This document shows positions 50,884 through 59,663 of a stretch of 64,000 bases of DNA, in pieces (within the stretch, counting starts at the first letter, position 1; the number at the start of each line of letters is the position of its first letter). The position numbers and the translations under genes were made by a program. Under the pieces are notes generated by a model, which saw nothing but the letters and a program-made list of their open reading frames with translations, ran no database searches and was not told where the DNA came from. This DNA is from Candidatus Eiseniibacteriota bacterium (lineage in GTDB: Bacteria > Eisenbacteria > RBG-16-71-46): the NCBI GenBank assembly GCA_963725865.1, contig CAVSAC010000014.1, positions 384,001 to 448,000 of the forward strand, read 5' to 3'.

Positions 50884-52230
50884 CTAGCGGGTGTGGGCCG
50901 GCTCGCGGCCGACGGCGCGGGCGATGGCGGCGGGCAGCACGCTGCGATCGTGCTCCGCCAGCTCGTAGAGCACGCGCGTCGACGGCTTGCCGATGGTCAG
51001 CACGTGCCCGAGGTCGATCGGTGTCGCGACCAGCACCAGGTCGCACGGCGTCGCGTCGATGGTCGCCTTGAGCTCGGCCACCTGCTTGTCCCCGTAGCCC
51101 ATCGCCGGCAGCACCTGCGTGACGTGCGGGTACTTCTCGAACGTGGCCTTGATCGAGCCCCGCGCGTACGGCCGCGGATCCACGATCTCCGCCGCGCCCA
51201 GCTTGCGGGCGGCGACCAGGCCGGCACCATAGCGCATCTCGCCGTGCGTGAGCGTGGGGCCGTCCTCGATCACCAGCACGCGCTTGCCCTTCACCGCGCC
51301 GGGGTCGCTCACGGTGACCGGGGAGTCGGCGCGCAGCACGATCGCGCGCGGATTGAGCGCGCGGACGCTCCGCTCGACCTGCTCGACGTTGGCGGGCTCG
51401 GCGGTGTCGACCTTGTTCAGGATGACCAGGTCGGCCATCCGCACGTTGATCTCGCCGGGGTAGTAGCGCTGCTCGTGACCGGCGCGGTGCGGATCGGCGA
51501 CGACGATGTTCAGATCGGGCTGATAGAACGGCGTGTCGTTGTTGCCGCCGTCCCACAGCACCACGTCGGCCTCGGCCTCGGCGGCGCGCAGGATGCGCTC
51601 GTAGTCGACGCCAGCGAACACCACGTTGCCCATCGCGGTGTGCGGCTCGTACTCCTCGCGCTCCTCGATGGTGCACTTCTGGTCGTCCATGTCCTTCACC
51701 GACGCGAAGCGCTGCACCGCCTGCGCGGCGAGGTCGCCGTACGGCATCGGATGGCGCACGACCGCCACCTTGAGTCCCATCTCGCGCAGGATCTGCGTGA
51801 CGCGCCGCGAGGTCTGGCTCTTGCCGCAGCCGGTCCGCACGGCGCCGACCGCGATGACGGGCCTGGTGCTCTTCAGCATCGTCTGCGCCGGGCTGAGCAG
51901 GACGAACTCGCAACCCGCGGCGTTGGCGCGCGAGGCGGCGTGCATGATGTGGTCGTAGGAGACGTCGGAGTAGGCGAACGTCACCACGTTCGCGCGCAGG
52001 TCCCGGATCAGGTCCTCGAGCTGCTCCTCGGGATGGATCGGGATGCCCTGCGGGTACTGCGGGCCGGCGAGCACGGACGGGTACACGCGCCCGGCGATGT
52101 CGGGGATCTGATTGGCGGTGAAGGCGACCACCTCGACGCCGCTCTGATGCTTCCACCACACGTTGAAGTTGTGGAAGTCGCGGCCTGCCGCACCCATGAT
52201 GATCACGCGCTGCCGTTTCGGCTCGGTCAT
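50884..52230 (-). CDS. COG2403 (cyclic 2,3-diphosphoglycerate synthetase-like/'GTPase') protein, probably arginine synthetase ArcE
   Basis: IMGAAGRDFHNFN, QIPDI, AVRTGCGKSQT, RHPMPYG, EEREEYE, WDGGNND, EDGPTLTHG. First gene of an operon with rocD and argF. Confidence 0.8.
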   Translation of the reverse strand: MTEPKRQRVIIMGAAGRDFHNFNVWWKHQSGVEVVAFTANQIPDIAGRVYPSVLAGPQYPQGIPIHPEEQLEDLIRDLRANVVTFAYSDVSYDHIMHAASRANAAGCEFVLLSPAQTMLKSTRPVIAVGAVRTGCGKSQTSRRVTQILREMGLKVAVVRHPMPYGDLAAQAVQRFASVKDMDDQKCTIEEREEYEPHTAMGNVVFAGVDYERILRAAEAEADVVLWDGGNNDTPFYQPDLNIVVADPHRAGHEQRYYPGEINVRMADLVILNKVDTAEPANVEQVERSVRALNPRAIVLRADSPVTVSDPGAVKGKRVLVIEDGPTLTHGEMRYGAGLVAARKLGAAEIVDPRPYARGSIKATFEKYPHVTQVLPAMGYGDKQVAELKATIDATPCDLVLVATPIDLGHVLTIGKPSTRVLYELAEHDRSVLPAAIARAVGREPAHTR

Positions 52231-52367
52231 CGGACACCGTCCTTCGAGCGGCCCCTGTGGCTCGTCGATCTCTCTTCGGCCGGGCACCCGCGGCGCACTC
52301 CGCCTTCCCCGGAGGGCTCGCGACCCGACAGCCGGCTGATCGATCGAGGCATGGGGTCCACTTTGGT

Positions 52368-52384
52368 TGGCATCCTGCATGCCA
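52368..52384 (-). promoter_or_regulatory. sigma54-like -24/-12 element TGGCAT-N5-ATGC (palindromic)
   Basis: GG-N10-GC spacing is correct, about 140 nt upstream of the arcE-like start. Confidence 0.55.
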
Positions 52385-52534
52385 CCGCCCCCGCGCATCA
52401 ACGTCCCACGCAAGTGCTTGCTCGGCAATGGCACGAGTGACCGCCGGGGCTGCCAGTCCAGCGCTCCCTGACCGCCGGCCCTGACAGGCCGTCAGGCGCG
52501 AGCCGGCCGGCCGCGGTCGCGCCCCACGACGCGC

Positions 52535-52562
52535 TCAAGTCCGGCGCGGCAGCTGCCGATGC
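52535..52562 (+). promoter_or_regulatory. sigma28-like promoter TCAAG-N15-GCCGATGC
   Basis: About 55 nt upstream of the redoxin-like gene. Matches the motif at 36868. Confidence 0.55.
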
Positions 52563-52618
52563 CAGTTGTCCACGCCCCCGTTCCTCGGACTCCCATCTCC
52601 CACCCATCGGAGGACATC

Positions 52619-53194
52619 GTGAAGGCATCACTGCGCCCATTCGTGGTCGCGATCGCGGCCACGTTGGCCCTGGCGTGTACGACGCGCGCCCGGGCCGCGA
52701 CTGCCTCGCCGGCTGCGCCGCTGCCCGCGCTCCATGCGGGCGAACCGGCACCGGATTTCAGCTACCGCTCGCACGACTATCGTTGGCTGTCGCTGCAGGA
52801 CCTGGTGGAGCAGGGCGACCTGCTGCTGGTGTTCGGCGCCGACGACGCCCTGCTGCTGCGGCTCGAGGACGAGCGCGCGGCGCTCATCACGAGCGGGGTG
52901 CTGCCGGTCGCGGTGCTGGACCGGCGCGACGACGAGGTGTGGAACACCGTGAATCGGCTGCAGCTCGGGTACAGCGTCATGAGCGACCCGAAGCGCACCG
53001 TGGCCGGGATGTACGGCGCCATCGACTCCGCGAGCGGGAAGACCGGCCGCGCGTGGTTCGTGATCGACCGTGCCGGCAAGGTGCGCGCCAGTGGGCACGA
53101 TGCCCCGCCCGCGTCGACGGGCTGGAGCACGCTCGCCAGCGACGCCCTGCGTCGTCCGGCGGCCGGGCAGGCGCGGAGCGCCAGCGCGCATTGA
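52619..53194 (+). CDS. Secreted AhpC/TSA (redoxin)-fold protein lacking the catalytic Cys
   Basis: GGAGGA RBS, signal peptide, GEPAPDF, SDPKRTVAGMYG, RAWFVIDRAGKVR. Confidence 0.75.
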   Translation: MKASLRPFVVAIAATLALACTTRARAATASPAAPLPALHAGEPAPDFSYRSHDYRWLSLQDLVEQGDLLLVFGADDALLLRLEDERAALITSGVLPVAVLDRRDDEVWNTVNRLQLGYSVMSDPKRTVAGMYGAIDSASGKTGRAWFVIDRAGKVRASGHDAPPASTGWSTLASDALRRPAAGQARSASAH

Positions 53195-53209
53195 CGCGCG
53201 TCCCCGACG

Positions 53210-53245
53210 ACGACGCCCCGGCGGAGGGATCCGCCGGGGCGTCGT
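53210..53245 (+). terminator. Hairpin terminator
   Basis: ACGACGCCCCGGCGGA-4nt-TCCGCCGGGGCGTCGT, a perfect 16-bp stem. Confidence 0.75.
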
Positions 53246-53272
53246 GCATTCCTGCGGGCCGACCGCCCCGCG

Positions 53273-53491
53273 TCACGCCGCGGTGATGCGCAGCCCCAGC
53301 CTGGGGTCGACGGTGAACAGCGAGCCGACCAGTGGCTCCTTCAGGTGTACGGCTCCCGAGGGCGTCTTCTCGAACAGCAGGAACACCGCGGCCTGTGCGG
53401 TGGCGAGTGCGATGCCGATGAACGCCTCGAGCGGCACGCTGCACGCGCGACCACGCAGCCAGGCGAACAGCTCGGCGCCGATGAACGTCAT
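53273..53491 (-). pseudogene. Internal fragment of a ZnuB-type metal permease
   Basis: TFIGAELFAWLRGRACSVPLEAFIGI aligns by eye to TLLGAALFSFLWDREHSVLQEAFIGI of 56065..56961. Confidence 0.75.
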
Positions 53492-53701
53492 GCCGTGCAA
53501 CTCGTCGCGGCCGGCGTCGACGTGACCGTCATCCGCAGCGGGCTCGGCCACGTGCACCTCGACACCACGTTTCTCCAAGCCCAGGCCAACGCCGAGACCA
53601 AGCGCCGGGCGAGCGATCTCGTCGGCGGTCCCGCGCGATCCGTCCGACCGTCACGGTGGAAGCGCGACCCGGCATTGCTCGCCTGGCTCGACCCGCTGTG
53701 A
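53489..53701 (+). pseudogene. C-terminal remnant of a tyrosine recombinase (RIT-like)
   Basis: AVQLVAAGVDVTVIRSGLGHVHLDTT...ANAETKRRA...RWKRDPALLAWL. LGH is present, the catalytic Tyr position is altered and the N-terminus is absent. Confidence 0.75.
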
Positions 53702-53721
53702 GTTGGGGTCTGACGCCTGAC

Positions 53722-55929
53722 TTAGTGGAGCACGCCCGTCGAGACGGCGAGGCGGATGGTGCGTGGCGCCTGGGGATGCGTATGCACGTCGGCGATACCT
53801 TGCGGTGGCTCGCCACGAAGGCGAGACGTGTAGTAGTAGTCCACGTCGCTCACGGCACGATCGAGGAGATTGAACACTTCGAGCGCGACGGTCCAACGGC
53901 CACGCGCGCAGCAGCCGATCCGAGTGTTCAGAATCGTCGATGCGGTGGAGCGCACCGTGTTGTCCTCGATCAGAGGCCGCGGCCCGAAGTACCGCAGGCG
54001 CAGCTCGGCGAACTCGCCCGAGGGTTGCTGGTACTCGATGCCGACCGATGCAACTCCTTCCACGGCGCCCGGGATGCGATCACCGACCGGATCACTGTCC
54101 GTGAAGCGCGCTCGCGAGTACGCCAGATCGGCGTCCATGTGCACGCGGTCGACCAGTCGACACTCACCCGACAGCTCGATGCCGGTTCGACGGCTCGGAC
54201 GGCTCGGCTCGCTCGTGGCGGCGTCCCCTTGGAAGACTTGCTCCGAAGCGATGTCGAGCCCCCAGAGCGATGCGCTGGTCGACCAGCGGGATCCACCTGT
54301 GAGGCGCGCACCCACCTCGGCGCCTTTCGTGCGAATGAGCAATGCGCTGCGTTGGATCGGCGGCCCGCCCTGCACCGGGAAATGTTCGGGTGCCGGTTGA
54401 ACTCCCTGCGCGGGGCTGCTGCCGCCGGAACTGAAGCGCGCCCCACGCACGTCGTCCGAATGGAAGCCGTACCCGCCGTTCACGAAAAGGTCGAACCCGC
54501 CCCAGGGCCCGAGGATGAGCGAGGCCTTGGGAGACACGATACCGGTGACGTCCGAGCCCGAGAATGATTGATAGCTGGACGTCACGTTGAAGCGATAGAG
54601 ATCCGCCCGGGCCCCGAGGATCGTCCGCAGGAAAGACATCAACTGCGCATCGCTCTGCACGAAAGGCGACATGCTTTCCTCGGCGATCTGGTCTTCGCGA
54701 ACCGTGGCGAGCCGACGCCGTGCCGCGGTGTGGAAGATCCCCACGCTCGCGATGTTGTCACTGCGGACGTCCACGCCGATCATCTGCCGCACCTCGCGAT
54801 CGCGCGACCCGGTGATGCCCACATGCGAGAGATGAATCCCCGACACCACCCGTTGATCGGCCTGCTCGAACTGGTCCCCGTCGAGCGTGTCGTTCAGGAA
54901 GTAGGTGAAGTCCGAGAACAGGTCCAGCCGGTATGCGACGATGTAGGCGCTCGCCTTGGTGATGGACCCCGGCTCGACGTCATGGAACTCGGTCGAGAGG
55001 CTGTAGCGATACGACTGCCCGCCGTCCGTGGGGTCGATCGCGCCGAATCGGGAGACCTCGCCGGAGGCCACGGCCCGCTCCGGAATCTGGTCCGTCGAGT
55101 TCCACCGACCGTCGTAGCCCATCGCGGTGACGCTCAGGCCAAGCTCTGAGGCGCCGTTGTCATAGCGGATTAGCCCGTTGATCTTCCGGTACTCGTCCTG
55201 GTGCACCCACGGACCATCGTTCCGGATCAGCTCGATCGTGCCCAGCGCACTGCCGGATGCCAGCGGTGGCGACACAGCTACCAACGCCCGACGGTATCCT
55301 TCCCCTCCCAGCGTGAGCGAGACGATCGGGCTCGGCAGCATGTTCCGATAGGAGATATGGGCCGAGCCGGCGCTCGAGAAGTCCCCGTCCTCGACCGAGT
55401 ACGTGCCCTTTCGGTACTGAACCTCGCTCACCAGTTCGGGGATGACGAAGTTCAGATCGGTGTAGCCCTGCCCGTGGGCATGCGTGGGCATGTTCACCGG
55501 CACACCCTCGATCGTCGTCGCGAAGTCGGTGCCGTGGTCGAGGTTGAAGCCGCGCAGGTAGTACTGGTTCGCCTTGCCCTCGCCGCTGTGCTGGCTGATG
55601 AGCACGCCGGGGATGCTCTCGAGCACATCCCCGGCTCGGAGCAACGGTCGGAGCGCAAGCTGCTTCGGCGTCACGACACCCTGCGACGCGGCCGACCGCC
55701 GTGCGAGCGAGTCCTCGCACGAACCAAACACGTCGATCGGCGGAAGCGCGTACACACGAGTGCTGTCGGGCCCTGTCTGCTTTGCGCGCGTATCACCCGG
55801 CGCACCAGCCACGCTCCCGGCTCGGGCAGCGGGCGCGCTTGCGAGGAGACAGCTGGTCGAGACCGCCAGCAGGACCGCTATGCCCTGACCACAACCGATA
55901 GGTACGACACGCCGAGGCCCGGTGGTCAC
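53722..55929 (-). CDS. TonB-dependent receptor (metal uptake)
   Basis: Signal peptide, plug region QHSGEGKANQYYLRGFNLDHGTDF...NMPTHAHGQGY, barrel end VFNLLDR...HPQAPRTIR. Confidence 0.9.
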   Translation of the reverse strand: MTTGPRRVVPIGCGQGIAVLLAVSTSCLLASAPAARAGSVAGAPGDTRAKQTGPDSTRVYALPPIDVFGSCEDSLARRSAASQGVVTPKQLALRPLLRAGDVLESIPGVLISQHSGEGKANQYYLRGFNLDHGTDFATTIEGVPVNMPTHAHGQGYTDLNFVIPELVSEVQYRKGTYSVEDGDFSSAGSAHISYRNMLPSPIVSLTLGGEGYRRALVAVSPPLASGSALGTIELIRNDGPWVHQDEYRKINGLIRYDNGASELGLSVTAMGYDGRWNSTDQIPERAVASGEVSRFGAIDPTDGGQSYRYSLSTEFHDVEPGSITKASAYIVAYRLDLFSDFTYFLNDTLDGDQFEQADQRVVSGIHLSHVGITGSRDREVRQMIGVDVRSDNIASVGIFHTAARRRLATVREDQIAEESMSPFVQSDAQLMSFLRTILGARADLYRFNVTSSYQSFSGSDVTGIVSPKASLILGPWGGFDLFVNGGYGFHSDDVRGARFSSGGSSPAQGVQPAPEHFPVQGGPPIQRSALLIRTKGAEVGARLTGGSRWSTSASLWGLDIASEQVFQGDAATSEPSRPSRRTGIELSGECRLVDRVHMDADLAYSRARFTDSDPVGDRIPGAVEGVASVGIEYQQPSGEFAELRLRYFGPRPLIEDNTVRSTASTILNTRIGCCARGRWTVALEVFNLLDRAVSDVDYYYTSRLRGEPPQGIADVHTHPQAPRTIRLAVSTGVLH

Positions 55930-56064
55930 GTGATGAACCCTCTTACGCCCAAGGTCCGAATGGTGGCGCGCAACGCCTGGCCCCCGATCGCGGACGGTGC
56001 GTCGGCGCTCAGGGTGACGAAACGAACCTGCCCAGGAGGCTCCCGAGTAAGCCGCCGGACGCGC

Positions 56065-56961
56065 TCATGGATGGACCGTGTCGGCGGCGTTCTCCTCCGA
56101 TCCGAACCCCGGCACTTCGGCACGCGTGCCGTTCAGCTTGTCGTCGACGTACTTCATGCGGACCGAGAGCGAGACGATGGCCACCGTCACGCCGAACAGG
56201 ACCACGATGGTGGCTCCCATCGGCCAGTCCCTGAGGTAGGAGAACACCGCGCCCAGGATGGAGACCACGAACGCGATGGCCCAGGCCCAGTAGAGCTGGA
56301 CCCGGCCGTGCCGGCCCAGAAGCTTCGAGCAGACCACGGGGACGATCAGATAGGAGAACACCGCCAGCACGCCCGACACCTTCACCGAACTCGTGACGAC
56401 GAGCCCGAACGACGCGTAGAAGAAGAAGTCCCATTTCTTCACCGACAGTCCCATCGCGCGCGCTTTCTTGGGATTCTCGGAACACAGGATGAGCTTGCGG
56501 CGGTTGAAGAACAGGAACGCACCGACGAGCACGTACAGCGTCGCCATGATCGTGATGTCTTTCCACGTCACCCAGCCGAGCGCCTCTCCGCTCAGGGTCG
56601 CGCTGACGTGCTCCGCTCCGTGAGGAGCGTTCGACAGCAGCAGCAACGTGGCCGCCGTCGCCAGCGCGAAGGAGATCCCGATGAACGCCTCCTGCAGCAC
56701 CGAGTGTTCGCGGTCCCACAGGAAGCTGAAGAGTGCGGCGCCCAGCAGCGTGAAGCCGAAGGACCAGAAGTACATGCTGGGGTCGTGCGGCTGCGCCCCC
56801 AGCAGGTACGCAACGCTCTGACCCAGCGCGGCGATCTGCGCCAGCGCGAGGTCCACGAAGATCACCCCCCGGGCCAGCACGTGCTGGCCCAGGGCGGGGT
56901 GGATCAGGACGAGAAGCAGGCACGCCAGCAGCGGCAGTGCCATGACCATGAAGAAGTTCAC
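56065..56961 (-). CDS. ZnuB/MntB-type metal ABC permease
   Basis: HVLARGVIFVDLALAQIAALG, SVKVSGVLAVFSYLIVP, DWPMGATIV. Confidence 0.9.
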   Translation of the reverse strand: MNFFMVMALPLLACLLLVLIHPALGQHVLARGVIFVDLALAQIAALGQSVAYLLGAQPHDPSMYFWSFGFTLLGAALFSFLWDREHSVLQEAFIGISFALATAATLLLLSNAPHGAEHVSATLSGEALGWVTWKDITIMATLYVLVGAFLFFNRRKLILCSENPKKARAMGLSVKKWDFFFYASFGLVVTSSVKVSGVLAVFSYLIVPVVCSKLLGRHGRVQLYWAWAIAFVVSILGAVFSYLRDWPMGATIVVLFGVTVAIVSLSVRMKYVDDKLNGTRAEVPGFGSEENAADTVHP

Positions 56962-56970
56962 TTCTGCCCC

Positions 56971-57888
56971 CTATCTTCCGGATAGCGCCTTGGCCATCGA
57001 CGACACCAGGACGTCGAACTTGGTGAAGACGTCGTTCGTTCCGGGCACGCCGCCCACTTCGGTCGCGACCTCCACGGCGGTCCCGCCGGCCCGCTTGGCC
57101 ACCTCGTTGCTGGCGTCCGCGCTGTAGTACGGCTGATACACGATCACCTTGACGCCCGCCTTCTTCATCGCCTCGGCCAGCTCGGTGATGTGTCGCGGGC
57201 TGGGCGGGATGCCGGGCTTGGGCTCGACGGTGCCGAAGAGCTTCAGCCCGAAGCGATCGGCGAAGTAGTCGAAGTTCCGGTGATACGGCACGACCGACGC
57301 CCCCTTGTACGGCGCCAGCTCCTTCTCCCACTTCGCCAGCGATGCCTCCATCCTTTCGTCGAAGGCCTTGGCGTTCGCGGCGTACTCCGCCGCGTTCGCA
57401 GGGTCCAGCTGAGAGAAGACGTCCGCCAGGTGGTTGGCCACCACCTCGAGGTTCTTCGGATCGGCGTAGTAGTGCGGATTCCCGAGCGGGTGGATGTCCC
57501 CCTCCGCCCGGCTGACCGTGCCCACCGGCTTCTCGAGCACGTCGATCCCTTGTGAGGCGTCCACGAAGCCCTTTGTGCCCGGCTGGATCTTGGGATTGCG
57601 GCTGCCGGGAAGGACCAGCGGCAGCCAACCGCCGTCCAGTTCCAGGCCGGTCGACACGAACACGTTCGCGTTCTGGATCGCCTTCATCAGGCTGGGCTTC
57701 GCCGGAACAAAGTGCGGATCCTCGTACCCCCGGCAGAGGCTCTGGGCCGTCACGTGCCTTCCACCCACGAACTGGGCGACGGAAGCGAGATCGGTCAACG
57801 ACGTGGCGACCTTCAGGTCCGCGAGCGCAGGTGCCGCGGCCAGCAGGCCCAGCACCGTTACAACCGCGCAACGAAGCAGCGACTTCAT
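56971..57888 (-). CDS. ZnuA/TroA-type metal-binding periplasmic protein
   Basis: EDPHF, DIHPLGNPHY, YHRNFDY, EPKPGIPPSPRH. GGAGG RBS. Confidence 0.92.
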   Translation of the reverse strand: MKSLLRCAVVTVLGLLAAAPALADLKVATSLTDLASVAQFVGGRHVTAQSLCRGYEDPHFVPAKPSLMKAIQNANVFVSTGLELDGGWLPLVLPGSRNPKIQPGTKGFVDASQGIDVLEKPVGTVSRAEGDIHPLGNPHYYADPKNLEVVANHLADVFSQLDPANAAEYAANAKAFDERMEASLAKWEKELAPYKGASVVPYHRNFDYFADRFGLKLFGTVEPKPGIPPSPRHITELAEAMKKAGVKVIVYQPYYSADASNEVAKRAGGTAVEVATEVGGVPGTNDVFTKFDVLVSSMAKALSGR

Positions 57889-57949
57889 GAAGTTCCTCCG
57901 ATTCTTGAGTGTCATTGGCAGCACCATCCGTCGTGCGCGGGTCGTCGTC

Positions 57950-59050
57950 TCAGTACGCATGGGCCGGGTGATAACCGATCGTGTAGCTCATCTGGATCAT
58001 GATCCGGTCGTCGCTGGGCTTGATCCCGTTGCCGCCGTCCGCCTGGGCGTGGCTGTACTCGAGTCGGACGAACGAGAACTCCGAAGGCGTCCACGCGAGG
58101 TTGGCCGAGAAGCGGTTCACCTTGCCGGCGATCGGACTGCCGGCGCCGTCGACCAGGAAGTCCGTGAAGCTGTTGCGGGCCTGCTCGGCGCGGATGCCGG
58201 TCCACCAGACCTGTGAAGCGCGATACTGGAACGAGAGGTACCCGCCGTCGCCTTCCCGCGCGTAGTTGCCTTCGGCCGACGAGCCCTTCTGGAGGTATTC
58301 GCTCTGGAGGATCCATCCGCGCCGGTTCGAGTTCCTCGCAGGGACGTTTCGAAGCGTCACGTCGGCGCCATAGGCCGCATGCCGGGCACCATCAGTTCCG
58401 CGACCCTGCAGGATGGACTGACCGAGCTCCATCGTCGTTGCGTCGTTCACGTCAAACTGGTTCTTGAAGTGCCCCAGGTACGGCACGTTGTCGTGCCGGG
58501 TGGACCCGAAGTCGAGCGGGTGGTCGTCATCGGTGGCGATGGCCTCGTAGACGCCTCCCGTCAGCTCGGAGAACCAGGGCAGTGGCGTGAGCCACGAGGC
58601 TTCCGCACCGGCATCCTTGAACCCTTCCCCGCCGATGGTGTTTTCCATGACGATCGGACCCTGGATGAACGGAAACGCGTGGGTGTGGAGCAGCCCGTGC
58701 TTTCCGAACGTGCCGCGGATCTTCCCGAGCTTCAGCTGGATGCCGGGGATGTTGGTGCTGCGGACCCAGACTTCCTCGGGGTCCACCGTCCCGTCCCCCA
58801 CGAAGACGATGTTGCTCACGAAGGTCCAGTACGGATCCACAACGGAGATGAGGCTGATCTCCGCCTCGTCGAAATGCAGCCCGTAGGGTTGGTTGATGTT
58901 GCGGGCGGCCTGCCCGGAGAAGAGGGCGTTCATCCCCATCGCCGGGTTTGCCAGGTTCGAAAACATCGATGACGTCTGGGCAGTCGCGAGCGCTGGAACG
59001 CAGGCCAGCACGACGACCAGGCAGGCAAGCATGCGAAGTCTCATGCGCAC
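57950..59050 (-). CDS. Outer-membrane beta-barrel protein associated with metal ABC systems
   Basis: Signal peptide, FGKHGLLHTH, SEFSFVRLEY, C-terminal IGYHPAHAY. Confidence 0.82.
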   Translation of the reverse strand: MRMRLRMLACLVVVLACVPALATAQTSSMFSNLANPAMGMNALFSGQAARNINQPYGLHFDEAEISLISVVDPYWTFVSNIVFVGDGTVDPEEVWVRSTNIPGIQLKLGKIRGTFGKHGLLHTHAFPFIQGPIVMENTIGGEGFKDAGAEASWLTPLPWFSELTGGVYEAIATDDDHPLDFGSTRHDNVPYLGHFKNQFDVNDATTMELGQSILQGRGTDGARHAAYGADVTLRNVPARNSNRRGWILQSEYLQKGSSAEGNYAREGDGGYLSFQYRASQVWWTGIRAEQARNSFTDFLVDGAGSPIAGKVNRFSANLAWTPSEFSFVRLEYSHAQADGGNGIKPSDDRIMIQMSYTIGYHPAHAY

Positions 59051-59553
59051 TGTTCCTCCTGAGAGTAGGAAGGACGAAGCGGTCCCGCTGCGTCCTGGAT
59101 TCCGTTCACGGTCATGCGAAGGAAGGCCGGGGAGATCTCGGGCATTGACGCCGAGTTCCCCAGCCTTCTTGAGATAATGTGCTGCTGCTCATAATGCGTG
59201 GGATTCAGCTTGCCGAACCCCACGCGGTACTTGCCGCCCTTGAGCGCGAGGCTGGCCGGCAGGCCGCGGTTCATCTGGAAGAATCCCTCTTCGAGCGTCA
59301 TCCCGTCGGCGCCGAGCGAGCCGACGAACGTCCCCCGCGCGTACGGATTCAGCGCGGCGTCGAACACGAACTCGGTCTCGCCGGCGTCGAGCGTCGCGCG
59401 CTTGCTCGCCGGGTCGCCGGCGGCGTCGGTCCAGCGCGCGAGTGGCTGGCCGATCACCGAGATGTCGGGGTTGACCACGCCGGCGCGCGCGGTCGCGGCG
59501 AGCGCCGCGCCCAGCGCCATCGTGGCGATGAGTCTGAACAGTCGTCGAAGCAT
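59041..59553 (-). pseudogene. Truncated native homologue of the OM beta-barrel gene; homology ends near 59195
   Basis: NPDISVIG...ETEFVFDAALNPY...LKGGKYRVGFGKLNPTH parallels NPAMG...EAEISLISVVDPY...LKLGKIRGTFGKHGLLH, then the sequence becomes unrelated. Confidence 0.75.
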
Positions 59554-59663
59554 GGAGCCGCCTCCGTCGGAAACGGATGTCGGACCGCCGGCGTCGCCCG
59601 GTGGGGGACGCGCGGAGTCGTGAACGCGGAGTGGAGACCGCGGCGCGGGCCGCGGCGGAGCGT

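Noticed and set aside
53273..53578. 101-aa minus-strand ORF as an intact gene
   Set aside because: It is a chimera of the integrase antisense strand and the permease fragment.
59100..59190. Alternate-frame 'CPRSPRPS-stop' as the remnant of a second RAPP-type leader
   Set aside because: It is not a true RAPP/RSPP motif and has no start, CxxC or TM segment. Too weak to call.
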